The translations under genes were made by a program, and so were the position numbers. Under the pieces are notes generated by a model. It worked only from the letters and a program-made list of their open reading frames with translations. It did no database searches and was not told the origin of the DNA. From positions 1 through 50,042 of the forward strand of contig JAUCBJ010008231.1 in NCBI GenBank assembly GCA_032718475.1: 50,042 nucleotides of DNA. The letters are read 5' to 3'. This DNA is from Nemertoderma westbladi. Lineage: Eukaryota; Animalia; Xenacoelomorpha. Below are positions 34,960-50,042 of the stretch, in pieces (position 1 is the stretch's first letter; every line of letters begins with the position of its first letter).

Positions 34960-35282
34960 AACTGACACTCAGATTGTTAACTGAGTTATCGAATTCGTAA
35001 CTAGACACTCTAATCTGCTCATGTGTGCTAAGATTTGTTACCGGGTGGGCTTGAATTTGTAACTGGCAGTTGAATTGGTTACCTGGATCTCGTATTTGTA
35101 CATGGGTCATGGGTGCTCAGATTTGCAACCAGTAACTTCAAATCGTAACCAGGGGTATCAGTTTGCGACCGGGTGCTCATATTTGTAACCACTAACACAG
35201 ATTTGTAACCATGTACTCAAATTTGTAAATGAAAATTTATAACTCAGAACTCCAATTTGTTACAGAACTCTCAGATTTGTTT
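34960..35282. repeat. Degenerate ~21-bp tandem repeat
   Basis: Recurrent ctcagatttgtaac-like motif. Confidence 0.55.
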
Positions 35283-35901
35283 GCTAACTTGCTTATTAAT
35301 TGTCATCTCAACTTGCCTATGGAACAGAGATTTCCTTATGGCTGCTTAATTAGACCTCGCTTTGGGTACTTGTGACGCACTAGTGGCTAAACATCATACG
35401 AGGTTTGATACAGTTGTTAAGCAAAAATATTGTTTGACATTTTTGCTAATTCATAACATATTAAATCATGGAGGATTATTTGTTACCCGTGAATAGATTT
35501 GGTTGATAAATTTAGATAATTATCCATTTTGACAGTCTGTAATCTATTTAGTTTCTCATGCTACACAGTCTGGTCATATGTTTCCTTCTCCCAGATGTTC
35601 ACATAACTTATACAAACTCTTGACATGGGTAAATTAAGATTCGTTGCAGCTGCGTCCAATCAATCACCTTTAAGTTATTGGTGATTATAGGTGATTGGAC
35701 ACAACACAATAAATTTACAGTGAGAGAATAATACATACAAATTACAAGTTTTTCATACAAATGACAAGGGATTATTTCACGACTTGCTGAAGATAGAATA
35801 AGTGGTTGCGCAAAAGACTCCCTTGGTATATTATCAAATCTATTTCCTTCAATTTTTTTCCATCCAAGCGAAATTTTAATTCTGCTTTGAAAGGGTATAT
35901 T

Positions 35902-36052
35902 CTAACTACGGAGTAGACTACTACTACTACTACTAGACTAACTACGGAGTAGACTACTACTACTACTACTAGACTAACTACGGAGTAGACTTACTAACTA
36001 ACTAACTACGGAGTAGGCCTACTAACTAACTAACTAACTACGGAGTAGGCCT

Positions 36053-36084
<32 letters not shown>

Positions 36085-39000
36085 CGGAGTAGACTTACTA
36101 ACTAACTAACTAACTACGGAGTAGACTTACTAACTAACTAACTAACTACGGAGTAGACTTACTAACTAACTAACTACGGAATAGGCCTACTAACTAACTA
36201 ACTACGGAATAGGCCTACTAACTAACTAACTACGGAATAGGCCTACTAACTAACTAACTACGGAGTAGACTTACTAACTAACTAACTACGGAGTAGGCTT
36301 ACTAACTAACTAACTACGGAGTAGGCCTACTAACTAACTAACTACGGAGTAGACTTACTAACTAACTAACTACGGAGTAGGCCTACTAACTAACTAACTA
36401 CGGAGTAGACTTACTAACTAACTAACTACGGAGTAGGCCTACTTACTAACTAACTACGGAGTAGACTTACTAACTAACTAACTACGGAGTAGACTTACTA
36501 ACTAACTAACTACGGAGTAGGCCTACTAACTAACTAACTACGGAGTAGACTTACTAACTAACTAACTACGGAGTAGGCCTACTTACTAACTAACTACGGA
36601 GTAGACTTACTAACTAACTAACTACGGAGTAGGCCTACTAACTAACTAACTACGGAGTAGACTTACTAACTAACTAACTACGGAGTAGGCCTACTTACTA
36701 ACTAACTACGGAGTAGACTTACTAACTAACTAACTACGGAGTAGACTTACTAACTAACTAACTACGGAGTAGACTTACTAACTAACTAACTACGGAATAG
36801 GCCTACTAACTAACTAACTACGGAATAGGCCTACTAACTAACTAACTACGGAATAGGCCTACTAACTAACTAACTACGGAATAGGCCTACTAACTAACTA
36901 ACTACGGAATAGGCCTACTAACTAACTAACTACGGAATAGGCCTACTAACTAACTAACTACGGAATAGGCCTACTAACTAACTAACTACGGAATAGGCCT
37001 ACTAACTAACTAACTACGGAGTAGACTTACTAACTAACTAACTACGGAATAGGCCTACTAACTAACTAACTACGGAGTAGGCCTTACTAACTAACTAACT
37101 ACGGAGTAGGCCTACTAACTAACTAACTACGGAGTAGGCCTACTAACTAACTAACTACGGAATAGGCCTACTAACTAACTAACTACGGAATAGGCCTACT
37201 AACTAACTAACTACGGAATAGGCCTACTAACTAACTAACTACGGAATAGGCCTACTAACTAACTAACTACGGAATAGGCCTACTAACTAACTAACTACGG
37301 AATAGGCCTACTAACTAACTAACTAACTACGGAATAGGCCTACTAACTAACTAACTACGGAATAGGCCTACTAACTAACTAACTACGGAATAGGCCTACT
37401 AACTAACTAACTACGGAATAGGCCTACTAACTAACTAACTACGGAGTAGACTTACTAACTAACTAACTACGGAATAGGCCTACTAACTAACTAACTACGG
37501 AATAGGCCTACTAACTAACTAACTACGGAATAGGCCTACTAACTAACTAACTACGGAATAGGCCTACTAACTAACTAACTACGGAATAGGCCTACTAACT
37601 AACTAACTACGGAGTAGACTTACTAACTAACTAACTACGGAATAGGCCTACTAACTAACTAACTACGGAGTAGACTTACTAACTAACTAACTACGGAATA
37701 GGCCTACTAACTAACTAACTACGGAATAGGCCTACTAACTAACTAACTACGGAATAGGCCTACTAACTAACTAACTACGGAATAGGCCTACTAACTAACT
37801 AACTACGGAATAGGCCTACTAACTAACTAACTACGGAATAGGCCTACTAACTAACTAACTACGGAATAGGCCTACTAACTAACTAACTACGGAATAGGCC
37901 TACTAACTAACTAACTACGGAATAGGCCTACTAACTAACTAACTACGGAATAGGCCTACTAACTAACTAACTACGGAATAGGCCTACTAACTAACTAACT
38001 ACGGAGTAGACTTACTAACTAACTAACTACGGAATAGGCCTACTAACTAACTAACTACGGAGTAGACTTACTAACTAACTAACTACGGAGTAGACTTACT
38101 AACTAACTAACTACGGAGTAGGCCTACTAACTAACTAACTACGGAATAGGCCTACTAACTAACTAACTACGGAATAGGCCTACTAACTAACTAACTACGG
38201 AATAGGCCTACTAACTAACTAACTACGGAATAGGCCTACTAACTAACTAACTACGGAATAGGCCTACTAACTAACTAACTACGGAATAGGCCTACTAACT
38301 AACTAACTAACTACGGAATAGGCCTACTAACTAACTAACTACGGAATAGGCCTACTAACTAACTAACTACGGAATAGGCCTACTAACTAACTAACTACGG
38401 AATAGGCCTACTAACTAACTAACTACGGAGTAGACTTACTAACTAACTAACTACGGAATAGGCCTACTAACTAACTAACTACGGAATAGGCTCTACTAAC
38501 TAACTAACTACGGAATAGGCCTACTAACTAACTAACTACGGAATAGGCCTACTAACTAACTAACTACGGAATAGGCCTACTAACTAACTAACTACGGAGT
38601 AGACTTACTAACTAACTAACTACGGAATAGGCCTACTAACTAACTAACTACGGAGTAGACTACTAACTAACTAACTACGGAATAGGCCTACTAACTAACT
38701 AACTACGGAATAGGCCTACTAACTAACTAACTACGGAATAGGCCTACTAACTAACTAACTACGGAATAGGCCTACTAACTAACTAACTACGGAATAGGCC
38801 TACTAACTAACTAACTACGGAATAGGCCTACTAACTAACTAACTACGGAATAGGCCTACTAACTAACTAACTACGGAATAGGCCTACTAACTAACTAACT
38901 ACGGAGTAGACTTACTAACTAACTAACTACGGAATAGACTTACTAACTAACTAACTACGGAATAGGCCTACTAACTAACTAACTACGGAATAGGCCTACT

Positions 39001-42000
39001 AACTAACTAACTACGGAATAGGCCTACTAACTAACTAACTACGGAGTAGGCCTACTAACTAACTAACTACGGAATAGGCCTACTAACTAACTAACTACGG
39101 AGTAGACTTACTAACTAACTAACTACGGAGTAGGCCTACTAACTAACTAACTACGGAATAGGCCTACTAACTAACTAACTACGGAGTAGGCCTTACTAAC
39201 TAACTAACTACGGAATAGGCCTACTAACTAACTAACTACGGAATAGGCCTACTAACTAACTAACTACGGAGTAGACTTACTAACTAACTAACTACGGAGT
39301 AGGCCTACTAACTAACTAACTACGGAGTAGGCCTACTAACTAACTAACTACGGAGTAGGCCTACTAACTAACTAACTACGGAATAGGCCTACTAACTAAC
39401 TAACTACGGAGTAGACTTACTAACTAACTAACTACGGAGTAGGCCTACTAACTAACTAACTACGGAATAGGCCTACTAACTAACTAACTACGGAATAGGC
39501 CTACTAACTAACTAACTACGGAATAGGCCTACTAACTAACTAACTACGGAATAGGCCTACTAACTAACTAACTACGGAGTAGGCCTACTAACTAACTAAC
39601 TACGGAATAGGCCTCTACTAACTAACTAACTACGGAATAGTCCTACTAACTAACTAACTACGGAATAGGCTCTACTAACTAACTAACTACGGAATAGGCC
39701 TACTAACTAACTAACTACGGAATAGGCCTACTAACTAACTAACTACGGAGTAGTCCTACTAACTAACTAACTACGGAATAGGCCTACTAACTAACTAACT
39801 ACGGAATAGGCCTACTAACTAACTAACTACGGAATAGGCCTACTAACTAACTAACTACGGAGTAGACTTACTAACTAACTAACTACGGAGTAGACTTACT
39901 AACTAACTAACTACGGAATAGGCCTACTAACTAACTAACTACGGAATAGGCCTACTAACTAACTAACTACGGAGTAGGCCTACTAACTAACTAACTACGG
40001 AATAGGCCTACTAACTAACTAACTACGGAATAGGCCTACTAACTAACTAACTACGGAGTAGACTTACTAACTAACTAACTACGGAGTAGACTTACTAACT
40101 AACTAACTACGGAATAGGCCTACTAACTAACTAACTACGGAATAGGCCTACTAACTAACTAACTACGGAGTAGACTTACTAACTAACTAACTACGGAATA
40201 GACTTACTAACTAACTAACTACGGAATAGGCCTACTAACTAACTAACTACGGAGTAGACTTACTAACTAACTAACTACGGAATAGGCCTACTAACTAACT
40301 AACTACGGAATAGGCCTACTAACTAACTAACTACGGAGTAGACTTACTAACTAACTAACTACGGAATAGACTTACTAACTAACTAACTACGGAATAGGCC
40401 TACTAACTAACTAACTACGGAATAGGCCTACTAACTAACTAACTACGGAATAGGCCTACTAACTAACTAACTACGGAATAGACTACTAACTAACTAACTA
40501 ACTACGGAATAGGCCTACTAACTAACTAACTACGGAATAGGCCTACTAACTAACTAACTACGGAATAGGCCTACTAACTAACTAACTACGGAGTAGACTT
40601 ACTAACTAACTAACTACGGAGTAGACTCTACTAACTAACTAACTACGGAATAGGCCTACTAACTAACTAACTACGGAATAGGCCTACTAACTAACTAACT
40701 ACGGAATAGGCCTACTAACTAACTAACTACGGAGTAGACTTACTAACTAACTAACTACGGAATAGGCCTACTAACTAACTAACTACGGAATAGGCCTACT
40801 AACTAACTAACTACGGAGTAGACTTACTAACTAACTAACTACGGAGTAGACTCTACTAACTAACTAACTACGGAATAGGCCTACTAACTAACTAACTACG
40901 GAATAGGCCTACTAACTAACTAACTACGGAATAGGCCTACTAACTAACTAACTACGGAGTAGACTTACTAACTAACTAACTACGGAATAGGCCTACTAAC
41001 TAACTAACTACGGAATAGGCCTACTAACTAACTAACTACGGAATAGGCCTACTAACTAACTAACTACGGAGTAGACCTACTAACTAACTAACTACGGAGT
41101 AGGCCTACTAACTAACTAACTACGGAATAGGCCTACTAACTAACTAACTACGGAATAGGCCTACTAACTAACTAACTACGGAGTAGACTTACTAACTAAC
41201 TAACTACGGAGTAGGCCTACTAACTAACTAACTACGGAGTAGACTTACTAACTAACTAACTACGGAATAGGCCTACTAACTAACTAACTACGGAATAGGC
41301 CTACTAACTAACTAACTACGGAATAGGCCTACTAACTAACTAACTACGGAATAGGCCTACTAACTAACTAACTACGGAGTAGACTTACTAACTAACTAAC
41401 TACGGAGTAGGCCTACTAACTAACTAACTACGGAGTAGCCTTACTAACTAACTAACTACGGAATAGGCCTACTAACTAACTAACTACGGAATAGGCCTAC
41501 TAACTAACTAACTACGGAATAGGCCTACTAACTAACTAACTACGGAGTAGGCCTTACTAACTAACTAACTACGGAGTAGGCCTACTAACTAACTAACTAC
41601 GGAGTAGGCCTTACTAACTAACTAACTACGGAATAGGCCTACTAACTAACTAACTACGGAGTAGACTTACTAACTAACTAACTACGGAATAGGCCTCTAC
41701 TAACTAACTAACTACGGAATAGGCCTACTAACTAACTAACTACGGAATAGGCCTACTAACTAACTAACTACGGAATAGGCCTACTAACTAACTAACTACG
41801 GAGTAGACTCTACTAACTAACTAACTACGGAATAGGCCTACTAACTAACTAACTACGGAGTAGACTTACTAACTAACTAACTACGGAATAGGCCTACTAA
41901 CTAACTAACTAACTACGGAATAGGCCTCTACTAACTAACTAACTACGGAGTAGGCCTACTAACTAACTAACTACGGAGTAGACTTACTAACTAACTAACT

Positions 42001-45000
42001 ACGGAATAGGCCTACTAACTAACTAACTACGGAATAGGCCTACTAACTAACTAACTACGGAATAGGCCTACTAACTAACTAACTACGGAATAGGCCTACT
42101 AACTAACTAACTACGGAATAGACTCTACTAACTAACTAACTACGGAATAGGCCTACTAACTAACTAACTACGGAATAGGCCTACTAACTAACTAACTACG
42201 GAATAGGCCTACTAACTAACTAACTACGGAGTAGACTTACTAACTAACTAACTACGGAGTAGACTTACTAACTAACTAACTACGGAATAGGCCTACTAAC
42301 TAACTAACTACGGAGTAGACTCTACTAACTAACTAACTACGGAGTAGACTACTACTAACTAACTAACTACGGAGTAGGCCTACTAACTAACTAACTACGG
42401 AATAGGCCTACTAACTAACTAACTACGGAGTAGACTTACTAACTAACTAACTACGGAGTAGACCTACTAACTAACTAACTACGGAATAGGCCTACTAACT
42501 AACTAACTACGGAATAGGCCTACTAACTAACTAACTACGGAGTAGACTTACTAACTAACTAACTACGGAATAGGCCTACTAACTAACTAACTACGGAGTA
42601 GGCCTACTAACTAACTAACTACGGAATAGGCCTACTAACTAACTAACTACGGAATAGGCCTACTAACTAACTAACTACGGAGTAGACTTACTAACTAACT
42701 AACTACGGAGTAGACTCTACTAACTAACTACGGAGTAGACTCTACTAACTAACTACGGAGTAGGCCTACTAACTAACTAACTACGGAATAGGCCTACTAA
42801 CTAACTAACTACGGAGTAGACTTACTAACTAACTAACTACGGAGTAGACCTACTAACTAACTAACTACGGAATAGGCCTACTAACTAACTAACTACGGAA
42901 TAGGCCTACTAACTAACTAACTACGGAGTAGACTTACTAACTAACTAACTACGGAATAGGCTTACTAACTAACTAACTACGGAATAGACTACTAACTAAC
43001 TAACTAACTACGGAATAGGCCTACTAACTAACTAACTACGGAATAGGCCTACTAACTAACTAACTACGGAATAGGCCTACTAACTAACTAACTACGGAGT
43101 AGACTTACTAACTAACTAACTACGGAATAGGCCTACTAACTAACTAACTACGGAATAGGCCTACTAACTAACTAACTACGGAATAGGCCTACTAACTAAC
43201 TAACTAACTACGGAATAGGCCTACTAACTAACTAACTACGGAATAGGCCTACTAACTAACTAACTACGGAGTAGGACTTACTAACTAACTAACTACGGAG
43301 TAGGCCTACTAACTAACTAACTACGGAATAGACTTACTAACTAACTAACTACGGAATAGGCCTACTAACTAACTAACTACGGAGTAGGCCTACTAACTAA
43401 CTAACTACGGAATAGGCCTACTAACTAACTAACTACGGAGTAGGCCTACTAACTAACTAACTACGGAATAGGCCTACTAACTAACTAACTACGGAATAGA
43501 CTACTAACTAACTAACTAACTACGGAATAGGCCTACTAACTAACTAACTACGGAATAGGCCTACTAACTAACTAACTACGGAATAGGCCTACTAACTAAC
43601 TAACTACGGAATAGGCCTACTAACTAACTAACTACGGAGTAGGCCTACTAACTAACTAACTACGGAATAGGCTACTAACTAACTAACTAACTACGGAATA
43701 GGCCTACTAACTAACTAACTACGGAGTAGACTTACTAACTAACTAACTACGGAATAGGCCTACTAACTAACTAACTACGGAATAGGCCTACTAACTAACT
43801 AACTACGGAGTAGGCCTACTAACTAACTAACTACGGAATAGGCCTACTAACTAACTAACTACGGAATAGGCCTACTAACTAACTAACTACGGAGTAGACT
43901 TACTAACTAACTAACTACGGAATAGGCCTACTAACTAACTAACTACGGAGTAGGCCTACTAACTAACTAACTACGGAGTAGACTTACTAACTAACTAACT
44001 ACGGAATAGGCCTACTAACTAACTAACTACGGAGTAGGCCTACTAACTAACTAACTACGGAATAGGCCTACTAACTAACTAACTACGGAATAGGCCTACT
44101 AACTAACTAACTACGGAATAGGCCTACTAACTAACTAACTACGGAGTAGACTTACTAACTAACTAACTACGGAATAGGCCTACTAACTAACTAACTACGG
44201 AATAGGCCTACTAACTAACTAACTACGGAATAGGCCTACTAACTAACTAACTACGGAATAGGCCTACTAACTAACTAACTACGGAGTAGACTTACTAACT
44301 AACTAACTACGGAGTAGGCCTACTAACTAACTAACTACGGAATAGGCCTACTAACTAACTAACTACGGAATAGGCCTACTAACTAACTAACTACGGAATA
44401 GGCCTACTAACTAACTAACTACGGAATAGGCCTACTAACTAACTAACTACGGAATAGGCCTACTAACTAACTAACTACGGAATAGGCCTACTAACTAACT
44501 AACTACGGAGTAGACTTACTAACTAACTAACTACGGAATAGGCCTACTAACTAACTAACTACGGAGTAGGCCTACTAACTAACTAACTACGGAGTAGACT
44601 TACTAACTAACTAACTACGGAATAGGCCTACTAACTAACTAACTACGGAGTAGACTTACTAACTAACTAACTACGGAGTAGACTTACTAACTAACTAACT
44701 ACGGAGTAGGCCTCTACTAACTAACTAACTACGGAATAGGCCTACTAACTAACTAACTACGGAATAGGCCTACTAACTAACTAACTACGGAGTAGGCTAC
44801 TACTAACTAACTAACTACGGAATAGGCCTACTAACTAACTAACTACGGAGTAGGCCTACTAACTAACTAACTAACTACGGAATAGGCCTACTAACTAACT
44901 AACTACGGAGTAGGCCTACTACTAACTAACTAACTACGGAATAGGCCTACTAACTAACTAACTACGGAGTAGGCTCTACTAACTAACTAACTACGGAATA

Positions 45001-48000
45001 GGCCTACTAACTAACTAACTACGGAATAGGCACTACTAACTAACTAACTACGGAATAGGCCTACTAACTAACTAACTACGGAATAGACTACTACTAACTA
45101 ACTAACTACGGAATAGGCCTACTAACTAACTAACTACGGAGTAGGCCTACTAACTAACTAACTACGGAATAGGCCTACTAACTAACTAACTACGGAATAG
45201 ACTCTACTAACTAACTAACTACGGAATAGGCCTACTAACTAACTAACTACGGAGTAGACTTACTAACTAACTAACTACGGAATAGGCCTACTAACTAACT
45301 AACTACGGAATAGGCCTACTAACTAACTAACTACGGAGTAGACTTACTAACTAACTAACTACGGAGTAGGCCTACTAACTAACTAACTACGGAATAGACT
45401 ACTAACTAACTAACTAACTACGGAGTAGACTTACTAACTAACTAACTACGGAGTAGACTTACTAACTAACTAACTACGGAATAGGCCTACTAACTAACTA
45501 ACTACGGAATAGGCCTACTAACTAACTAACTACGGAGTAGACTTACTAACTAACTAACTACGGAATAGGCCTACTAACTAACTAACTACGGAATAGGCCT
45601 ACTAACTAACTAACTACGGAGTAGGCCTTACTAACTAACTAACTACGGAATAGGCCTACTAACTAACTAACTACGGAATAGGCCTACTAACTAACTAACT
45701 ACGGAGTAGACTTACTAACTAACTAACTACGGAATAGGCCTACTAACTAACTAACTACGGAGTAGGCCTACTAACTAACTAACTACGGAGTAGGCCTACT
45801 AACTAACTAACTACGGAGTAGGCCTACTAACTAACTAACTACGGAATAGGCCTACTAACTAACTAACTACGGAATAGGCCTACTAACTAACTAACTACGG
45901 AATAGGCCTACTAACTAACTAACTACGGAGTAGACTTACTAACTAACTAACTACGGAATAGGCCTACTAACTAACTAACTACGGAGTAGGCCTACTAACT
46001 AACTAACTACGGAATAGGCCTACTAACTAACTAACTACGGAATAGGCCTACTAACTAACTAACTACGGAATAGGCCTACTAACTAACTAACTACGGAGTA
46101 GACTTACTAACTAACTAACTACGGAGTAGACTTACTAACTAACTAACTACGGAATAGGCCTACTAACTAACTAACTACGGAATAGGCCTACTAACTAACT
46201 AACTACGGAATAGGCCTACTAACTAACTAACTACGGAGTAGGCCTACTAACTAACTAACTACGGAATAGGCTACTAACTAACTAACTAACTACGGAATAG
46301 GCCTACTAACTAACTAACTACGGAGTAGACTTACTAACTAACTAACTACGGAATAGGCCTACTAACTAACTAACTACGGAATAGGCCTACTAACTAACTA
46401 ACTACGGAGTAGGCCTACTAACTAACTAACTACGGAATAGGCCTACTAACTAACTAACTACGGAATAGGCCTACTAACTAACTAACTACGGAGTAGACTT
46501 ACTAACTAACTAACTACGGAATAGGCCTACTAACTAACTAACTACGGAGTAGGCCTACTAACTAACTAACTACGGAGTAGACTTACTAACTAACTAACTA
46601 CGGAATAGGCCTACTAACTAACTAACTACGGAGTAGGCCTACTAACTAACTAACTACGGAATAGGCCTACTAACTAACTAACTACGGAATAGGCCTACTA
46701 ACTAACTAACTACGGAATAGGCCTACTAACTAACTAACTACGGAGTAGACTTACTAACTAACTAACTACGGAATAGGCCTACTAACTAACTAACTACGGA
46801 ATAGGCCTACTAACTAACTAACTACGGAATAGGCCTACTAACTAACTAACTACGGAATAGGCCTACTAACTAACTAACTACGGAATAGACTTACTAACTA
46901 ACTAACTACGGAGTAGGCCTACTAACTAACTAACTACGGAATAGGCCTACTAACTAACTAACTACGGAATAGGCCTACTAACTAACTAACTACGGAATAG
47001 GCCTACTAACTAACTAACTACGGAATAGGCCTACTAACTAACTAACTACGGAATAGGCCTACTAACTAACTAACTACGGAATAGGCCTACTAACTAACTA
47101 ACTACGGAGTAGACTTACTAACTAACTAACTACGGAATAGGCCTACTAACTAACTAACTACGGAGTAGGCCTTACTAACTAACTAACTACGGAATAGGCC
47201 TACTAACTAACTAACTACGGAGTAGACTTACTAACTAACTAACTACGGAATAGGCCTACTAACTAACTAACTACGGAGTAGGCCTACTAACTAACTAACT
47301 AACTACGGAATAGGCCTACTAACTAACTAACTACGGAGTAGACTAACTAACTAACTAACTACGGAATAGGCCTACTAACTAACTAACTACGGAGTAGGCC
47401 TACTAACTAACTAACTAACTACGGAATAGGCCTACTAACTAACTAACTACGGAGTAGGCCTACTAACTAACTAACTAACTACGGAATAGGCCTACTAACT
47501 AACTAACTACGGAATAGACTTACTAACTAACTAACTAACTACGGAATAGGCCTACTAACTAACTAACTACGGAATAGACTTACTAACTAACTAACTAACT
47601 ACGGAATAGGCCTACTAACTAACTAACTACGGAGTAGGCCTACTAACTAACTAACTAACTACGGAATAGGCCTACTAACTAACTAACTACGGAATAGACT
47701 TACTAACTAACTAACTAACTACGGAATAGGCCTACTAACTAACTAACTACGGAGTAGACTTACTAACTAACTAACTACGGAATAGGCCTACTAACTAACT
47801 AACTACGGAATAGGCCTACTAACTAACTAACTAACTACGGAGTAGACTTACTAACTAACTAACTACGGAGTAGGCCTACTAACTAACTAACTACGGAATA
47901 GACTACTACTAACTAACTAACTAACTACGGAGTAGACTTACTAACTAACTAACTACGGAGTAGACTTACTAACTAACTAACTACGGAATAGGCCTACTAA

Positions 48001-50042
48001 CTAACTAACTACGGAATAGGCCTACTAACTAACTAACTACGGAGTAGACTTACTAACTAACTAACTACGGAATAGGCCTACTAACTAACTAACTACGGAG
48101 TAGACTTACTAACTAACTAACTACGGAGTAGACTTACTAACTAACTAACTACGGAATAGGCCTACTAACTAACTAACTACGGAATAGGCCTACTAACTAA
48201 CTAACTACGGAGTAGACTTACTAACTAACTAACTACGGAATAGGCCTACTAACTAACTAACTACGGAGTAGGCCTACTAACTAACTAACTACGGAGTAGT
48301 CCTACTAACTAACTAACTACGGAGTAGACTTACTAACTAACTAACTACGGAGTAGGCCTACTAACTAACTAACTACGGAATAGACTTACTAACTAACTAA
48401 CTACGGAATAGGCCTACTAACTAACTAACTACGGAATAGGCCTACTAACTAACTAACTACGGAGTAGACTCTACTAACTAACTAACTACGGAATAGGCCT
48501 CTACTAACTAACTAACTACGGAGTAGACTTACTAACTAACTAACTACGGAATAGGCCTACTAACTAACTAACTACGGAATAGGCCTACTAACTAACTAAC
48601 TACGGAATAGGCCTACTAACTAACTAACTACGGAGTAGACTTACTAACTAACTAACTACGGAGTAGACTTACTAACTAACTAACTACGGAATAGGCCTAC
48701 TAACTAACTAACTACGGAGTAGGCCTTACTAACTAACTAACTACGGAATAGGCCTACTAACTAACTAACTACGGAGTAGGCCTACTAACTAACTAACTAC
48801 GGAATAGGCCTACTAACTAACTAACTAACTACGGAATAGGCCTACTAACTAACTAACTACGGAATAGGCCTACTAACTAACTAACTACGGAATAGGCCTT
48901 ACTAACTAACTAACTACGGAATAGGCCTACTAACTAACTAACTACGGAATAGGCCTACTAACTAACTAACTACGGAGTAGACTTACTAACTAACTAACTA
49001 CGGAATAGGCCTACTAACTAACTAACTACGGAGTAGCCTACTAACTAACTAACTACGGAATAGGCCTACTAACTAACTAACTACGGAATAGGCCTACTAA
49101 CTAACTAACTACGGAGTAGACTTACTAACTAACTAACTACGGAGTAGACTTACTAACTAACTAACTACGGAATAGGCCTACTAACTAACTAACTACGGAG
49201 TAGGCCTACTAACTAACTAACTACGGAATAGGCCTACTAACTAACTAACTACGGAATAGGCCTACTAACTAACTAACTACGGAATAGGCCTACTAACTAA
49301 CTAACTACGGAATAGGCCTACTAACTAACTAACTACGGAATAGGCCTACTAACTAACTAACTACGGAATAGGCCTACTAACTAACTAACTACGGAATAGG
49401 CCTACTAACTAACTAACTACGGAGTAGGCCTACTAACTAACTAACTACGGAGTAGACTTACTAACTAACTAACTACGGAATAGGCCTACTAACTAACTAA
49501 CTACGGAGTAGACTTACTAACTAACTAACTACGGAATAGGCCTACTACTAACTAACTAACTACGGAGTAGGCCTACTAACTAACTAACTACGGAATAGGC
49601 CTACTAACTAACTAACTACGGAGTAGACTTACTAACTAACTAACTACGGAATAGGCCTACTAACTAACTAACTACGGAATAGGCCTACTAACTAACTAAC
49701 TACGGAGTAGACTTACTAACTAACTAACTACGGAATAGGCCTACTAACTAACTAACTACGGAATAGACTTACTAACTAACTAACTACGGAATAGGCCTAC
49801 TAACTAACTAACTACGGAATAGGCCTACTAACTAACTAACTACGGAGTAGACTTACTAACTAACTAACTACGGAATAGGCCTACTAACTAACTAACTACG
49901 GAGTAGGCCTACTAACTAACTAACTACGGAATAGGCCTACTAACTAACTAACTACGGAGTAGACTTACTAACTAACTAACTACGGAATAGGCCTACTAAC
50001 TAACTAACTACGGAATAGGCCTACTAACTAACTAACTACGGA
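35902..50042. repeat. 28-bp satellite array, >14 kb (~500 copies), continuing past the window end
   Basis: Units ggaataggcctactaactaactaactac (A) and ggagtagacttactaactaactaactac (B), plus hybrids. Confidence 0.99.

Noticed and set aside
13130-50042. CRISPR-like arrays
   Set aside because: All arrays are head-to-tail tandem repeats without unique spacers, there are no cas genes, and the context is eukaryotic.
35902-50042. True telomeric repeat
   Set aside because: The unit is a 28-bp composite with TTAG, not TTAGGG or TTAGG; the resemblance is only partial.

Overview
AT-rich, repeat-dense eukaryotic DNA, most likely from an invertebrate animal; there are no prokaryotic features. Three host genes are supported. 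(1) An intronless Cys-less ('Pro-loop') pentameric ligand-gated ion channel at 3066-4247 (+). (2) An ICAP-1/ITGB1BP1-like PTB-domain gene that the ORF track misses because it is split into two coding exons, 6763-7071 and 18019-18303 (+), across a ~10.9 kb phase-0 intron. (3) An intronless MFSD1-like lysosomal MFS transporter at 15888-17435 (-), nested antisense inside that intron. The same intron holds a foldback-type element, two Penelope-like retroelement remnants (GIY-YIG), a minimal hammerhead ribozyme and two minisatellites. The rest of the window has MITEs (one P-element-like with a 7-bp TSD), RTE-type LINE fragments, a candidate orphan exon and large tandem arrays with 53-bp, 21-23-bp and 28-bp units. 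The 28-bp satellite fills the last ~14 kb and runs off the window. All family assignments come from motif recognition by eye; no database searches were run.
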